Shown one piece after another: positions 9,659-18,961 of a stretch of DNA of 64,000 bases. Position 1 is the first letter of the stretch. Each line of letters begins with the position of its first letter. The stretch spans positions 105,788 through 169,787 of the forward strand of contig CP070736.1 in assembly GCA_020347645.1 (NCBI GenBank). Reading direction: 5' to 3'. This stretch comes from Methanobacteriota archaeon (GTDB lineage Archaea; Thermoplasmatota; Thermoplasmata; UBA10834). The notes beneath the pieces are model-generated. The model did not search any database and had not been told where the DNA came from. It saw only the letters and a list, made by a program, of their open reading frames with translations. A program made the position numbers and the translations under genes.

Positions 9659-10815
9659 ATCGCCCCCATCTCTCGAAGCTTGTGTCTTACCTCTCCGGGC
9701 GATGGCGGGTCTCCTCCTATCTTCGAGAGCAGCTCAACGCGCTTGCATCCCGCCTCGAGTGCCACGCGTTTGATGCCCCAATAGAGCTGTCCCAGGTTCA
9801 TCTCACATACGAGCAGCTGTTCGCACTTGGACGCAACCTCCTTGATTGGCTCTACCGGGAGCGGCCATATGCTTTTCAGCCGCAACAATCCGACTCTGTC
9901 ATCCTTCGCCGCTACCTCTCGGCCGCCGAACGATGCCGAGCCGTAGGATACTATCATCGTCTTCGACTCTGGCCCTATGACCTCCCACTTGTTGATGTCT
10001 CTTCTGTTGTTTGTGATCTTGTCATTCAGCCGTTTCACAAGCTGTTGGTGTATCGTGGGATCTTCGGGTTCGACTCTGGCTTTGGCCGTGTGCGTGATGC
10101 CGGTTACAGTAGCCTTGTGTCCTTTGCCGAAGGTCTCAAACGGCGGTACGAGGTCGTCAGGGACGTCGTATGCCTCGTCTGAGCGACGGATACCCTTCTC
10201 CTTCCTGTTTACTATTTTGATTTCATTAGGAACTGTGAGCAATCCACGCATGTGTCCTATCTCCGCATCGGAGAGTATGAACGTAGGTACACGGTACTTC
10301 TCTGCATAGTTGAATGCCTTCACCGTCAGATCGAACATCTCCTGGACATTGGCCGGGGCGAACGCAATGACTTGGTAATCGCCGTGCGATCCGTACTTCG
10401 TCGCGAGGATATCTCCTTGCGACGCTCTAGTTGGCTGTCCCGTGGACGGTCCGCCTCTCATCACATCAACGATAACCACAGGAGTCTCTGTCATCGCGGC
10501 GTATCCGATAGCCTCTTGCATGAGCGATAGGCCCGGGCCCGAAGTGGCGGTGATAGACTTCGCCCCGCCCCAGGACGCTCCGATGACGGCGGATATGCAG
10601 GCAATCTCATCCTCCATCTGGAGGAACTCTCCTCCCGCTTCAGGCAGCATGCTGGCGAGTCCTTCGGCGATCTCAGTGGACGGCGTGATCGGGTAGCCCG
10701 CGAAGAATTTGGCCCCGGCCAGAACTGCCGCTTCCATGCAGGCCTCGTTTCCCTGCAGAAAATACTCACCCGGTTTGATGTTCATTCCCACTCCCCTCAT
10801 CGCCGGTGGATTCAT
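9655..10815 (-). CDS. korA: 2-oxoacid:ferredoxin oxidoreductase alpha subunit
   Basis: 386 aa, 'GNEACMEAAVLAGAKFFAGYPITPSTEI'. The true start is probably the internal Met at ~10785, just overlapping the delta gene. Confidence 0.85.
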   Translation of the reverse strand: MNPPAMRGVGMNIKPGEYFLQGNEACMEAAVLAGAKFFAGYPITPSTEIAEGLASMLPEAGGEFLQMEDEIACISAVIGASWGGAKSITATSGPGLSLMQEAIGYAAMTETPVVIVDVMRGGPSTGQPTRASQGDILATKYGSHGDYQVIAFAPANVQEMFDLTVKAFNYAEKYRVPTFILSDAEIGHMRGLLTVPNEIKIVNRKEKGIRRSDEAYDVPDDLVPPFETFGKGHKATVTGITHTAKARVEPEDPTIHQQLVKRLNDKITNNRRDINKWEVIGPESKTMIVSYGSASFGGREVAAKDDRVGLLRLKSIWPLPVEPIKEVASKCEQLLVCEMNLGQLYWGIKRVALEAGCKRVELLSKIGGDPPSPGEVRHKLREMGAI

Positions 10816-11035
10816 CCTTCCACGAGATGGCCTGGTCTGGACAGCTCAGGACGCATAGTTCGCAGATGAGTTTCTTCGTTCGGCCGTGGTTGAAGCACTT
10901 CTCAGGGGCGCTCACAACCGCGGCGAAATAGCCCCTATCTGAGATATCCACTCCTCTGGAGAAACAATCATTGGGGCACATGTAGACACAGATGTCGCAG
11001 GCCTTGCAGTGCTTGAGGTTTATCTCAGGTCTCAT
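10766..11035 (-). CDS. korD: 2-oxoacid:ferredoxin oxidoreductase delta subunit (2x[4Fe-4S] ferredoxin)
   Basis: 89 aa with two CxxCxxCxxxCP motifs ('CKACDICVYMCP', 'CELCVLSCP'). Confidence 0.8.
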   Translation of the reverse strand: MRPEINLKHCKACDICVYMCPNDCFSRGVDISDRGYFAAVVSAPEKCFNHGRTKKLICELCVLSCPDQAISWKDESTGDEGSGNEHQTG

Positions 11036-11272
11036 CTGTAACCTTCCCGTTCAATCAAGTGGTTCATATTTTAACTTATTCAAAGCATGGGAAAACCACC
11101 CGACAGTTCTCCCAAGAAGCGAGATATTGTTGGTGGCTTCCGTGCCAAGCCTGGAGAACGTGACTCAGATTGGCGGGGTCAACCCTGCTTCACTGCTCTC
11201 TACGACAGCGTGCATCCATCTTTGGGGAGAAGTAATTAATAGAAATACCAGGATACTCGAAAAACGGAGACG

Positions 11273-12184
11273 ATGAACACCCTTCAAGATGAAATCCTCA
11301 GGCTGAAGAAGGACAAGAACGCAGTGATTCTGGGTCACAACTACCAGCGAAAAGAGGTGCAGGAAATATCCGATTTCCTGGGCGATTCGTACGGCCTTTC
11401 CGTCAAAGCGACGAAGGTCGAGTCGGACATCATAGTATTCTGCGGCGTGGACTTCATGGCCGAGTCAGCCAAGATACTAAACCCTGGCAAGACGGTGCTT
11501 CTGCCCAACGTCAAGTCCGTATGCCCAATGGCGGCGATGGTGGATGTAGACCCTCTGAAGGCGCTGAAGGCCAAGAACCCGGACGCGCCCGTAGTGTCGT
11601 ATGTGAACACAAGTGCTGCTGTGAAAGCAGAGACGGACATCTGCTGTACATCTGCAAATGCAGTGAAGATTGTCAAATCGCTGCCTAACGAGAAGATCAT
11701 ATTCGTCCCTGACACGAACCTCGGTCTCTACGTCAAGCGGTTCGTCAAGGACAAGGAGATGATTTTATGGCCCGGGTACTGCCCGACACATGTCAACATC
11801 AAGGTGGAAGACCTCAAGGCGCTGAAGGCTGAACACCCTAACGCCGAGGTGTTCGTGCACCCGGAGTGTACGCCGGAGGTCATCGACTTCGCCGATTTCG
11901 CCTATTCGACGGAAGGGATCATCCGTCATTCGGTGTCCTCCCCGAAGAGGGAGTTCATAATCGGAACCGAGACCAACATGATCCATAGGCTTCGCAAAGA
12001 AGCGCCTGGAAAGGAATTCTTCGGCGTAGAAGCTGCAACGTGTCCGAACATGAGGGAGATATCGCTCGAGGACGTGCGCGACGCACTCCTAAAGACACAG
12101 CACAAGATAGAACTCTCCAACGAACTGATAGCCAGGGCGCGGATCCCGCTCGAACGCATGATAGAGGCTGGTAGACAGGACTGA
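11273..12184 (+). CDS. nadA: Quinolinate synthase A
   Basis: 303 aa. 'ILGHNYQRKEVQEI', 'FCGVDFMAE', 'HPEC' motifs of NadA. Confidence 0.9.
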   Translation: MNTLQDEILRLKKDKNAVILGHNYQRKEVQEISDFLGDSYGLSVKATKVESDIIVFCGVDFMAESAKILNPGKTVLLPNVKSVCPMAAMVDVDPLKALKAKNPDAPVVSYVNTSAAVKAETDICCTSANAVKIVKSLPNEKIIFVPDTNLGLYVKRFVKDKEMILWPGYCPTHVNIKVEDLKALKAEHPNAEVFVHPECTPEVIDFADFAYSTEGIIRHSVSSPKREFIIGTETNMIHRLRKEAPGKEFFGVEAATCPNMREISLEDVRDALLKTQHKIELSNELIARARIPLERMIEAGRQD

Positions 12185-12201
12185 AATCTCATCGCCGGAC
12201 A

Positions 12202-12849
12202 CTATAGCAGTTCACTAACAGGCCCTATCGCGAAGTACACTCCGAAGGCTATCATAAGGACGCCGCAGGCGCCAAACACGACTTCGTGCACAAGCGGTGT
12301 CCAAAGATGCTTAGTTCTGAACACCGCGAACGAGGTGAATGCGTACCACGCGAGGTCACAGCTCCAGTGTACAACTGCGAATACGAAGACTATGATCGCG
12401 CCGTACTCCAGTGCCGCCGTTATCAACAGAGCGCCAACTGTGGCCCACCAGAGGAAGAAATAAGGGTTCGCCGAAGTGGTTATCGCCCCGACAGTAAGGG
12501 ACTTGTAGGGAAAGAGCTGGCCTTTTGTCGCTGAACTCATCTTGCGCGAACGGACCATGGACGCCCCGAGGAAGATAAGCAATCCTCCTCCTACGAGCCC
12601 TATCCCCGACTTCACTATTTCGTTGGTGAATATGAACCCCATGCTCAGTATTATGACGGCCATAAGGGGGAATTCTATGAGCCCGTGTCCCAACGCTATC
12701 TTGATGCCTGCCTTTTCGTCCTCGTATCCCTTGGCTACGGTCGCAGCGAACACTGGTCCGGGCGTCATCACCCCCGAGAACGATATTAGGATTGCGAAGC
12801 CGAAGAAGACCCAAATGTTCTCTGTGAGGAGGTCGGATAGGAGGTCCAC
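12202..12849 (-). CDS. LysE/RhtB-type amino-acid exporter family membrane protein
   Basis: 215 aa with ~6 TM helices. N-terminal 'GVMTPGPVFAATV' is the LysE family signature region. Confidence 0.7.
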   Translation of the reverse strand: MDLLSDLLTENIWVFFGFAILISFSGVMTPGPVFAATVAKGYEDEKAGIKIALGHGLIEFPLMAVIILSMGFIFTNEIVKSGIGLVGGGLLIFLGASMVRSRKMSSATKGQLFPYKSLTVGAITTSANPYFFLWWATVGALLITAALEYGAIIVFVFAVVHWSCDLAWYAFTSFAVFRTKHLWTPLVHEVVFGACGVLMIAFGVYFAIGPVSELL

Positions 12850-12934
12850 GGAACGTAATCACGCTGAACCTCATATATAACCAGTCTCCCCTCGCGTCAG
12901 ATGCCTAACCGCAATATAGGAGTAAGGCGATTGC

Positions 12935-13008
12935 GGATGCGATGATGATAAGAGGGTCAGCTGAGGGCAGGAAGCCCCATGATGAGCCCTATGAGTGCTG
13001 AACTGGCA
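12935..13008 (+). ncRNA. C/D-box sRNA (2'-O-methylation guide)
   Basis: C box aTGATGA at 12942-12948; 12-nt guide 12949-12960; D' box CTGA 12961-12964; 13-nt spacer; C' box aTGATGA 12979-12985; 12-nt guide 12986-12997; D box CTGA 12998-13001. It lies in a 265-nt gap between two minus-strand genes. Confidence 0.7.
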
Positions 13009-13114
13009 CATTATCGAAAAGCATCGTTGCCAACTCGTACAGAGCCCTCTGGACGCTCGGAAGGGGGGCTCACGATCCGTACGATGGGTTCGCCATTTGT
13101 GAAGATGGCTCCTC

Positions 13115-13654
13115 CTAGATCTCAATACTGCCGTAATCGAGTTCGCAAGTCCTCTTGAAGTATCCCTTCTTGTGCTTGCAGTTAGGGCACTCATCGGGAG
13201 CTTCCTTTCCCTCGTGCAGATATCCGCAGTTCGTACAGAACCATACTTCGTCTCTGTTCGAATTGTAGAGCGAGCCGTCCTTCATCCTGTCAAGAAGCAA
13301 CTGGTACCTCTTCGCGTGGTGCTTTTCGCTCACGATAACGTGTTCGAAGTATTTCAGCGCGTCTGCGTTCCCCTCTTCCTTGGCATCCTTCGCGAAGTTG
13401 GGGTACATCTCTGTCCACTCGTAAGTTTCTCCTGCTACTGCCTGTTGGAGATTCTCCTCGGTCGTTCCGACAATACCCATGAGTTTCATGATCATGGCTG
13501 CGTGCTCGTACTCGTTTTCCGCAGTTTCCTGGAATATCTTTGCAATGGCTTCGTGGCCCTCCTTCTTGGCGGCTCCGGCCCATTTCATGTACTTCGCCCT
13601 TGCCTGCGCTTCGCCAGCTAGAGCTGCTTTGAGATTCTCTTCCGTCCTGCTCAA
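13115..13654 (-). CDS. rbr: Rubrerythrin (diiron ferritin-like domain plus C-terminal rubredoxin-like CxxC...CxxC)
   Basis: 179 aa. Two 'E..H' diiron motifs ('ENEYEH', 'EKHHAKRY') and C-terminal 'CTNCGY...CPNC'. Confidence 0.9.
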   Translation of the reverse strand: MSRTEENLKAALAGEAQARAKYMKWAGAAKKEGHEAIAKIFQETAENEYEHAAMIMKLMGIVGTTEENLQQAVAGETYEWTEMYPNFAKDAKEEGNADALKYFEHVIVSEKHHAKRYQLLLDRMKDGSLYNSNRDEVWFCTNCGYLHEGKEAPDECPNCKHKKGYFKRTCELDYGSIEI

Positions 13655-13757
13655 GATCCTCCCTCGGAATGAGTGAACGAACTCCCTGCATAAGAAATAC
13701 GCGCCTCAATCATCCGGTACCTAACGAGATGAGAGGGCGTGCCATGTCTATGTCACG

Positions 13758-14273
13758 CTAAGACTGAATTGAGACAATGTAGTCGATGAATTTGTTGAGC
13801 GGCATGCCGTCCCTCCAGCGCATGATCAGGTTCCCCTCCTTCGAACTCTCAATCTTCGGGAGACGGTCGTAAATGAAGCGGAGCCTGCCGTTCACCGGTC
13901 CCATCTCGATTGTGAAGATTCTCCAAGCATCGCCTCTATGTCCCTTATGCCTGAACGCGTACACCGGCATGAGACCGACGCGCCGGCAGTCCTCAACCAT
14001 CTCCTGCGCCTGGATGGTCAGCTTCTCGCTCCTGCTGAACCTCAGGACTGCGCTGGTCGAGCTCTTCACTTCTATCGGCAGAGACAGCCCTTCCCGAATG
14101 GCAACGAGGTCCACGCCGAGGGAGCCCGCTCCCCTCACAACCATGAAGGGCTTTTCCTCGATCTTGCGATAACCTTCCATCTCTGCACGGTCGCAGGTCT
14201 TGGTCACCCTAGCGAGGACGTCTTTGTTCGCGGTAAGAATACCCTTGAGCTCGCGCTCAAAAACCTTTCCCAT
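13758..14273 (-). CDS. hjc: Holliday-junction resolvase Hjc-like nuclease (with ~30-aa insertion)
   Basis: 'ERELKGIL...FMVVRGAGSLGVDLVAIREG..LPIEVKSS' matches the Hjc catalytic core (E, D, E-x-K). An extra segment lies between the first helix and the 'VVRGAGS' strand. Confidence 0.5.
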   Translation of the reverse strand: MGKVFERELKGILTANKDVLARVTKTCDRAEMEGYRKIEEKPFMVVRGAGSLGVDLVAIREGLSLPIEVKSSTSAVLRFSRSEKLTIQAQEMVEDCRRVGLMPVYAFRHKGHRGDAWRIFTIEMGPVNGRLRFIYDRLPKIESSKEGNLIMRWRDGMPLNKFIDYIVSIQS

Positions 14274-14320
14274 CCCATCGCCTTGCGAGTCTGTATCGCG
14301 CTGCGGGCATTAATCTGTTG

Positions 14321-14755
14321 CTACAGGCAATCGGCAAGCGCCTGTGAATCCAACTCCTCTAGCGAGAGTTCGTCGAGGTCACCGAAATGCAGGGAGCACT
14401 CGGAATCCTGGTCCTTTACTTTTGAGACCAGCTCCATATCCGTCCTGCAGCTGTAGACGATGAATAGACGCTTGACAGAGACATTGCTGTAGTGTCTCGT
14501 CACATCATACAGCGCCCTTGGCTCCGCCTCCTGAACGACAGCTCCAAATAGTCCCTCCGCGACGCGGAGGGCGGCCATTTCCGCAGTTTCCCCCATATCT
14601 ATTCTTGCGCATGGCAGAGTCCACCTCGTCGCCCCTTTCGCCTTCATGAGGACCACGCCGTCACCCTTCCTAAAGACCACGACGACCTCACCCTTGCATG
14701 GAGTGTAGTCGAGGTCCAGTTCGTGGTCGATAAGGTCGAATTCGTATCTTCGCAC
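14321..14755 (-). CDS. Hypothetical protein (possible degenerate Nudix-like fold)
   Basis: 144 aa. Weak 'GETAEMAALRVAEGLFG' resemblance to a Nudix box; not convincing. Confidence 0.3.
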   Translation of the reverse strand: MRRYEFDLIDHELDLDYTPCKGEVVVVFRKGDGVVLMKAKGATRWTLPCARIDMGETAEMAALRVAEGLFGAVVQEAEPRALYDVTRHYSNVSVKRLFIVYSCRTDMELVSKVKDQDSECSLHFGDLDELSLEELDSQALADCL

Positions 14756-14838
14756 GATGAGCGAAGGCGTCCTCGCCGCGAGTTCGTCTATCTCATCGGC
14801 CGTCGGCAGCTCGAGCAGAATCCTCTTAGATCTCTCTG

Positions 14839-16167
14839 TCAGGGAATCAGCCTCGCTCTGTCTCTAGGGTACAGCACGGCCTCCCTTATGTTCGAGAGAT
14901 TCAGCATCTTCTGTACGTACCTTTCTATTCCGAAGCCGAATCCGCCGTGAGGCGGCATGCCGAATCTGAACGCCTTCAGATAGAATTCGAACGATTGGAG
15001 GTTCATATCGTTCTCCCTCATCTGCGAAACGAGCACATCGTATCTGTGCTCTCTCTGACCCCCCGAGACTATCTCCTGTCCTCTGTAATCGAGGTCAAAG
15101 TAGCCAGTGAGCTCGGGATTCCTGTCGTCGCGCTTGGCGTAGAAGGTCCCTCTCTTGAGCGACGTGGGGAACTGTGTGATGAAGTACAACTCGGATTCGC
15201 GCTCCCTCAGCATTATGTCTCCCAAGAGCTTCTCCCCCTCGGTGCCGAGGTCGTCTCCGTGCTCGATGGACATGTCATTCGAGTGAAGCATGTCTATCGC
15301 CTCCTCGTAGGTCACACGCGGATACGGCGGTTCTGGGACTGGGAGATCGACTCCCAGGAGTTCGAGCTCCTCGCCCGCCTTCTTCAGGATGTGTTTCAGG
15401 CTGGCGTGGACGATTCCTTCAGCGACATTCATGACGTCGTCCGACGACTCTATGAACGCCAGTTCGACATCGAGAGAGGTAAACTCCGCTATGTGCCTCA
15501 CGGTATCTGAGGCCTCTGCTCTGTAGGCCGGCGCAATCTCGAACACCCGGTCTACGCCCGAAGCCATGAGATTCTGCTTGTAGAGCTGAGGGCTCTGAGC
15601 CAAATAGGCGCTCTTGTCGAAGTACTTGATCGGGAACAGAGTCGCACCCCCCTCTGCTCCCGCCGCAACGATCTTCGGGGTGCTGACTTCGAGGAACCCC
15701 TCGTCAGAGAGATACTCTCTGATGCCTTCGAGAGTCACGGCCCTGACGCGGAAAATTGCCCGGACGCTCTCCTTTCTGAGGTCCATGAATCTATTGTTCA
15801 GCCGGGTGTCGAGGTCCGCTCCGACCTTGTCAATCACACCTAATGGCAGCGGGCTCTCGGCTGCGTTCAGAATCTCGAACTCATCAGGCAGCACCTCAAA
15901 GCCCTTCTTGGCCTCCTTGCTCTCTTTGACTACGCCCTTAACGACTATCACCGACTCTCTCTGTATGGCCGTGATATCCTTGAACAGCGCAGGATCCTTC
16001 TTCTTCAGAACAGTCACTTGTATGATTCCCTTGCGGTCTCTCAGCTGAATGAATGAAATGCCTCCCAGGTTGCGTGTCTCCTGCACCCATCCCCCTATCG
16101 TAACGACGCTCCCCGTAAGGTCAGCGTTGATCTGATCGGAATATGTTATTTGCTGCCAAGAGGGCAA
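14839..16167 (-). CDS. aspS: Aspartyl-tRNA synthetase (archaeal type, class IIb)
   Basis: 442 aa. N-terminal OB fold, class II motifs 'FRAE', 'GGFGFGIERYVQ', 'AVLYPRDRARLIP'. Confidence 0.9.
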   Translation of the reverse strand: MPSWQQITYSDQINADLTGSVVTIGGWVQETRNLGGISFIQLRDRKGIIQVTVLKKKDPALFKDITAIQRESVIVVKGVVKESKEAKKGFEVLPDEFEILNAAESPLPLGVIDKVGADLDTRLNNRFMDLRKESVRAIFRVRAVTLEGIREYLSDEGFLEVSTPKIVAAGAEGGATLFPIKYFDKSAYLAQSPQLYKQNLMASGVDRVFEIAPAYRAEASDTVRHIAEFTSLDVELAFIESSDDVMNVAEGIVHASLKHILKKAGEELELLGVDLPVPEPPYPRVTYEEAIDMLHSNDMSIEHGDDLGTEGEKLLGDIMLRERESELYFITQFPTSLKRGTFYAKRDDRNPELTGYFDLDYRGQEIVSGGQREHRYDVLVSQMRENDMNLQSFEFYLKAFRFGMPPHGGFGFGIERYVQKMLNLSNIREAVLYPRDRARLIP

Positions 16168-16274
16168 ACCGACTCACCTTTGTCGCGTAACCTAGTCATG
16201 GATATTTACTTTTTTGCAGGCAAGCACGCGGACCCTCATCTTGCGCGCGCAAATAGTGCGTTCTGCGGAAGCGG

Positions 16275-17177
16275 TCATTCGTGCATCGCGATGGCAATTC
16301 CAGCAACGATCACGACCCCGCAGACAACGGTCGCCAATTCCACCATCTCGTCTCTGAGGGCCCATGCGAAGAGCGACGCGAAGACCGGCATAAGGTAGAT
16401 GAAGAACGCCAGGCGAGACACCTCCACCTTCCTCAATGCGGTGAGGTAGAGCATCGAAGCGACCCCTGCGCAAAGGATGCCAAGCACGATTATGTTCAGC
16501 ATTGCGATCGGGTCGGCATCTGCCCTTAGGTCCGTTTCGATGGGCAGGGAAACGGCGAGCAGTGCAGTCCCTATGATTATCGAGAGGCCGATTACGAGGA
16601 GCGGAGGGTTGCGCTCCAGAACGCGTTTGGCGGACACCCAAGCGAGGCCGTAGGAGATTGCAGAGACCATTATGATCGTGTTGTTGATGAAACTCTCGTT
16701 CTCTAGCGATACCCCGCCGTTCGTTACGAGTACCAGCGTGCCGGCAATCGCGATGATCGTACCCGTGGCCTTCGCTCTTGTCAGCCTTTCCCCGAGCAGT
16801 GCGATCGCGAACATAAGCGTGAGGACTGGCCCTGATGATTGAATAACGCAAGCCACCGATGATGTGCTGTGCTGAAGAGCCACGTTCTGTGCTATGTTGG
16901 GGATGGCGACGTACAACGCCCCGAGGAGCGTTATGGGTCTCCACTCCCGTCTCAGAACGTCGCCGATCTCGTTCATTGGGTGAAGCAACGACAAGACGAC
17001 GGCCATCATTGCCGATGCTGTTCCAAACCTAAGGAACCCAAGCATGATCGGCGAAAAGAACTCCAGACTGTCCTGGATGAGTGGAAAAGCCAGCCCCCAT
17101 AATGCGACTGCAGTTACCGCAGCCAGAGATGAGTTCAGTTTCTTCATGGTTTGCGCCGTCGCTGAGAGCTGATGCAC
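16275..17177 (-). CDS. EamA/DMT-family transporter
   Basis: 300 aa, ~10 TM helices, duplicated EamA-like halves. Confidence 0.7.
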   Translation of the reverse strand: MHQLSATAQTMKKLNSSLAAVTAVALWGLAFPLIQDSLEFFSPIMLGFLRFGTASAMMAVVLSLLHPMNEIGDVLRREWRPITLLGALYVAIPNIAQNVALQHSTSSVACVIQSSGPVLTLMFAIALLGERLTRAKATGTIIAIAGTLVLVTNGGVSLENESFINNTIIMVSAISYGLAWVSAKRVLERNPPLLVIGLSIIIGTALLAVSLPIETDLRADADPIAMLNIIVLGILCAGVASMLYLTALRKVEVSRLAFFIYLMPVFASLFAWALRDEMVELATVVCGVVIVAGIAIAMHE

Positions 17178-17236
17178 AGGACGGATAAAACATCTTGCAG
17201 GCGGCGCTCAAGGGTTGCACGCCTGTTCGGGCTCGC

Positions 17237-18643
17237 TCACACCGGTCTGCAGTGTCCGCCACGTCCCGTGCCTACGAGTCGTCTTCCCTCTTCATAGAGG
17301 CACTTGACCGCTCTCGCAGCTCTCATTGCGGACGGGTACACGGGTATGTTCTTCACCCGCAGCTCCTGCACGACTTCGTCCACCTCTGGCCCTCCGACCC
17401 AACAGGCGACGATTGGCTTTCTGAGGCGTTTGTTCTCCTCGACCAGCTTTATCACCGCACCGACATATTCTCTTGGCCGCGCGATGCCAGCATGGACGCA
17501 GGTCATTATCAGCGCATCGATGTTCGGATCAGCGAGCATAATGCTTCCCGTGACGTGATATCTGTGAAATCGGGCATCCCCTGTGACGTCCAGCGGGTTC
17601 CTTGCGGTGGTTATCGGTGGCAGATGTGGTTCCAGGGCTTCCCGGGTCTTCTTTGCCAGGTCGGGCACCTCCAGGCCGAGCGACTCGCACCAGTCTGCGG
17701 TCATTATCCCCGCACCGCCACCGTTGGACACAATGCCAACCCTGTTCCCGCGAGTGCAAGGCTGGTACGCAAGTGCTCGGGCGAAATCGAAGAGCTCGCC
17801 GACTTCGAAGGCTCTCTGTATGTGGACCTGTCTGAAAGCAGAGTCGTAGACGACATCGGAACCGCTCAGGGACCCCGTATGCGTGGATGCTGCCGCAGAG
17901 CCCGCGGCAGTGCGTCCAGCCTTGATCACGACGATGGGTTTCTTGCATCTCCTTGCGGACTCGAGAAACTTCTTTCCGTCCTTGATACCCTCGATATACA
18001 TCGCGATCACTTTTGTGGCGTCGTCTCGATCCAGATAGTCGATTAGGTCTGCATCGTCCACATCTGCCTTGTTGCCGACGGAAATGACTCGCGATAATCC
18101 GATATGCTCACCATTGGCGTAGTAGATCATGCCCACACACAAGGCGCCACTCTGGCTTACCAGGGCGATCTCGCCTGGCTTGGGCATGCCAAAGACGAAC
18201 GCTGCATCGAGGTTGTCTATCGGGTCCTTGTATCCCAACGTATTGGGCCCGATTACCCGCATGCCCCCCTTTCTGGCGATATTCAGGACCTCGGCTTCGA
18301 GCTGCCTTCCACGCTCGCCAATCTCAGCAAACCCTGACGTGATTATTATCGCACCCTTGACCTTCTTCTTGGCGCACTCAGTCATCACTTTAGGTACGAA
18401 CTCCGCTGGCACAACGATGATTGCGAGATCGATGTCACCCTTGACGGCCAGGACGCTGGGGAGGGCGGCGACGCCGAGGATTTCCGGCGCCTCCGGGTTT
18501 ATCGGATATACCTTCCCCTTGTAGCCATTGACAAGAATGTTCTGCAGGACTTCAAATCCGAGTTTAGTGGGGCTCCTCGACGCTCCGATGACTGCGATGG
18601 ACTTCGGAGAGAAAATCGGCCTTAGCTCGTCGACGATTCCCAT
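17237..18643 (-). CDS. acdA: Acetyl-CoA synthetase (ADP-forming) alpha subunit (CoA-binding plus succinyl-CoA-synthetase-like domains)
   Basis: 468 aa. 'PKSIAVIGASRSPTKLG' CoA-binding Rossmann motif and 'ITSGFAEIGERG'. Confidence 0.85.
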   Translation of the reverse strand: MGIVDELRPIFSPKSIAVIGASRSPTKLGFEVLQNILVNGYKGKVYPINPEAPEILGVAALPSVLAVKGDIDLAIIVVPAEFVPKVMTECAKKKVKGAIIITSGFAEIGERGRQLEAEVLNIARKGGMRVIGPNTLGYKDPIDNLDAAFVFGMPKPGEIALVSQSGALCVGMIYYANGEHIGLSRVISVGNKADVDDADLIDYLDRDDATKVIAMYIEGIKDGKKFLESARRCKKPIVVIKAGRTAAGSAAASTHTGSLSGSDVVYDSAFRQVHIQRAFEVGELFDFARALAYQPCTRGNRVGIVSNGGGAGIMTADWCESLGLEVPDLAKKTREALEPHLPPITTARNPLDVTGDARFHRYHVTGSIMLADPNIDALIMTCVHAGIARPREYVGAVIKLVEENKRLRKPIVACWVGGPEVDEVVQELRVKNIPVYPSAMRAARAVKCLYEEGRRLVGTGRGGHCRPV

Positions 18644-18898
18644 TGTCCATCATCCCTAAGTCGAAAAGAGACATCTCCTCGCATAAGTCTTTCCATCGTT
18701 TCTCACAGAGTGATAGATGGCGATTTCTACTCGCACGTCAACACTTCCTTGCATGGAGGACCGAGCGATTCTGTCCGCTTGGCCCTACAATCTATCAGAA
18801 GCGCCTTCCCAGAACCCTGCCGCGTCCTTCCCTGCTGATGGCCTTGACGCGCACGCTCATTCTGCGGATGGTCGGTGTAGTTTTCGCTTGACATCGGT

Positions 18899-18908
18899 TA
18901 ATATATAT
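18899..18908 (+). promoter_or_regulatory. Putative TATA box of the fbp-tpiA operon
   Basis: 'TTAATATATA' lies ~55 nt upstream of the fbp ATG in an otherwise GC-rich region. Confidence 0.4.
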
Positions 18909-18961
18909 CCGATGCCCTGCATTCGCCAAACTGCAACTCGGAAGAGTTGGAGGAATAAGAC

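Noticed and set aside
16192-16944. 250-aa antisense ORF inside the EamA transporter gene. The same applies to many other long antisense/alternate-frame ORFs (e.g. 19022..19585, 21326..22033, 32634..33188, 45176..46531, 56964..57575, 57747..58574, 60373..61176).
   Set aside because: High GC suppresses stop codons in all frames. These ORFs overlap well-supported conserved genes and translate to low-complexity Arg/Pro/Ser/Ala-rich sequence with no motifs. Treated as artifacts.
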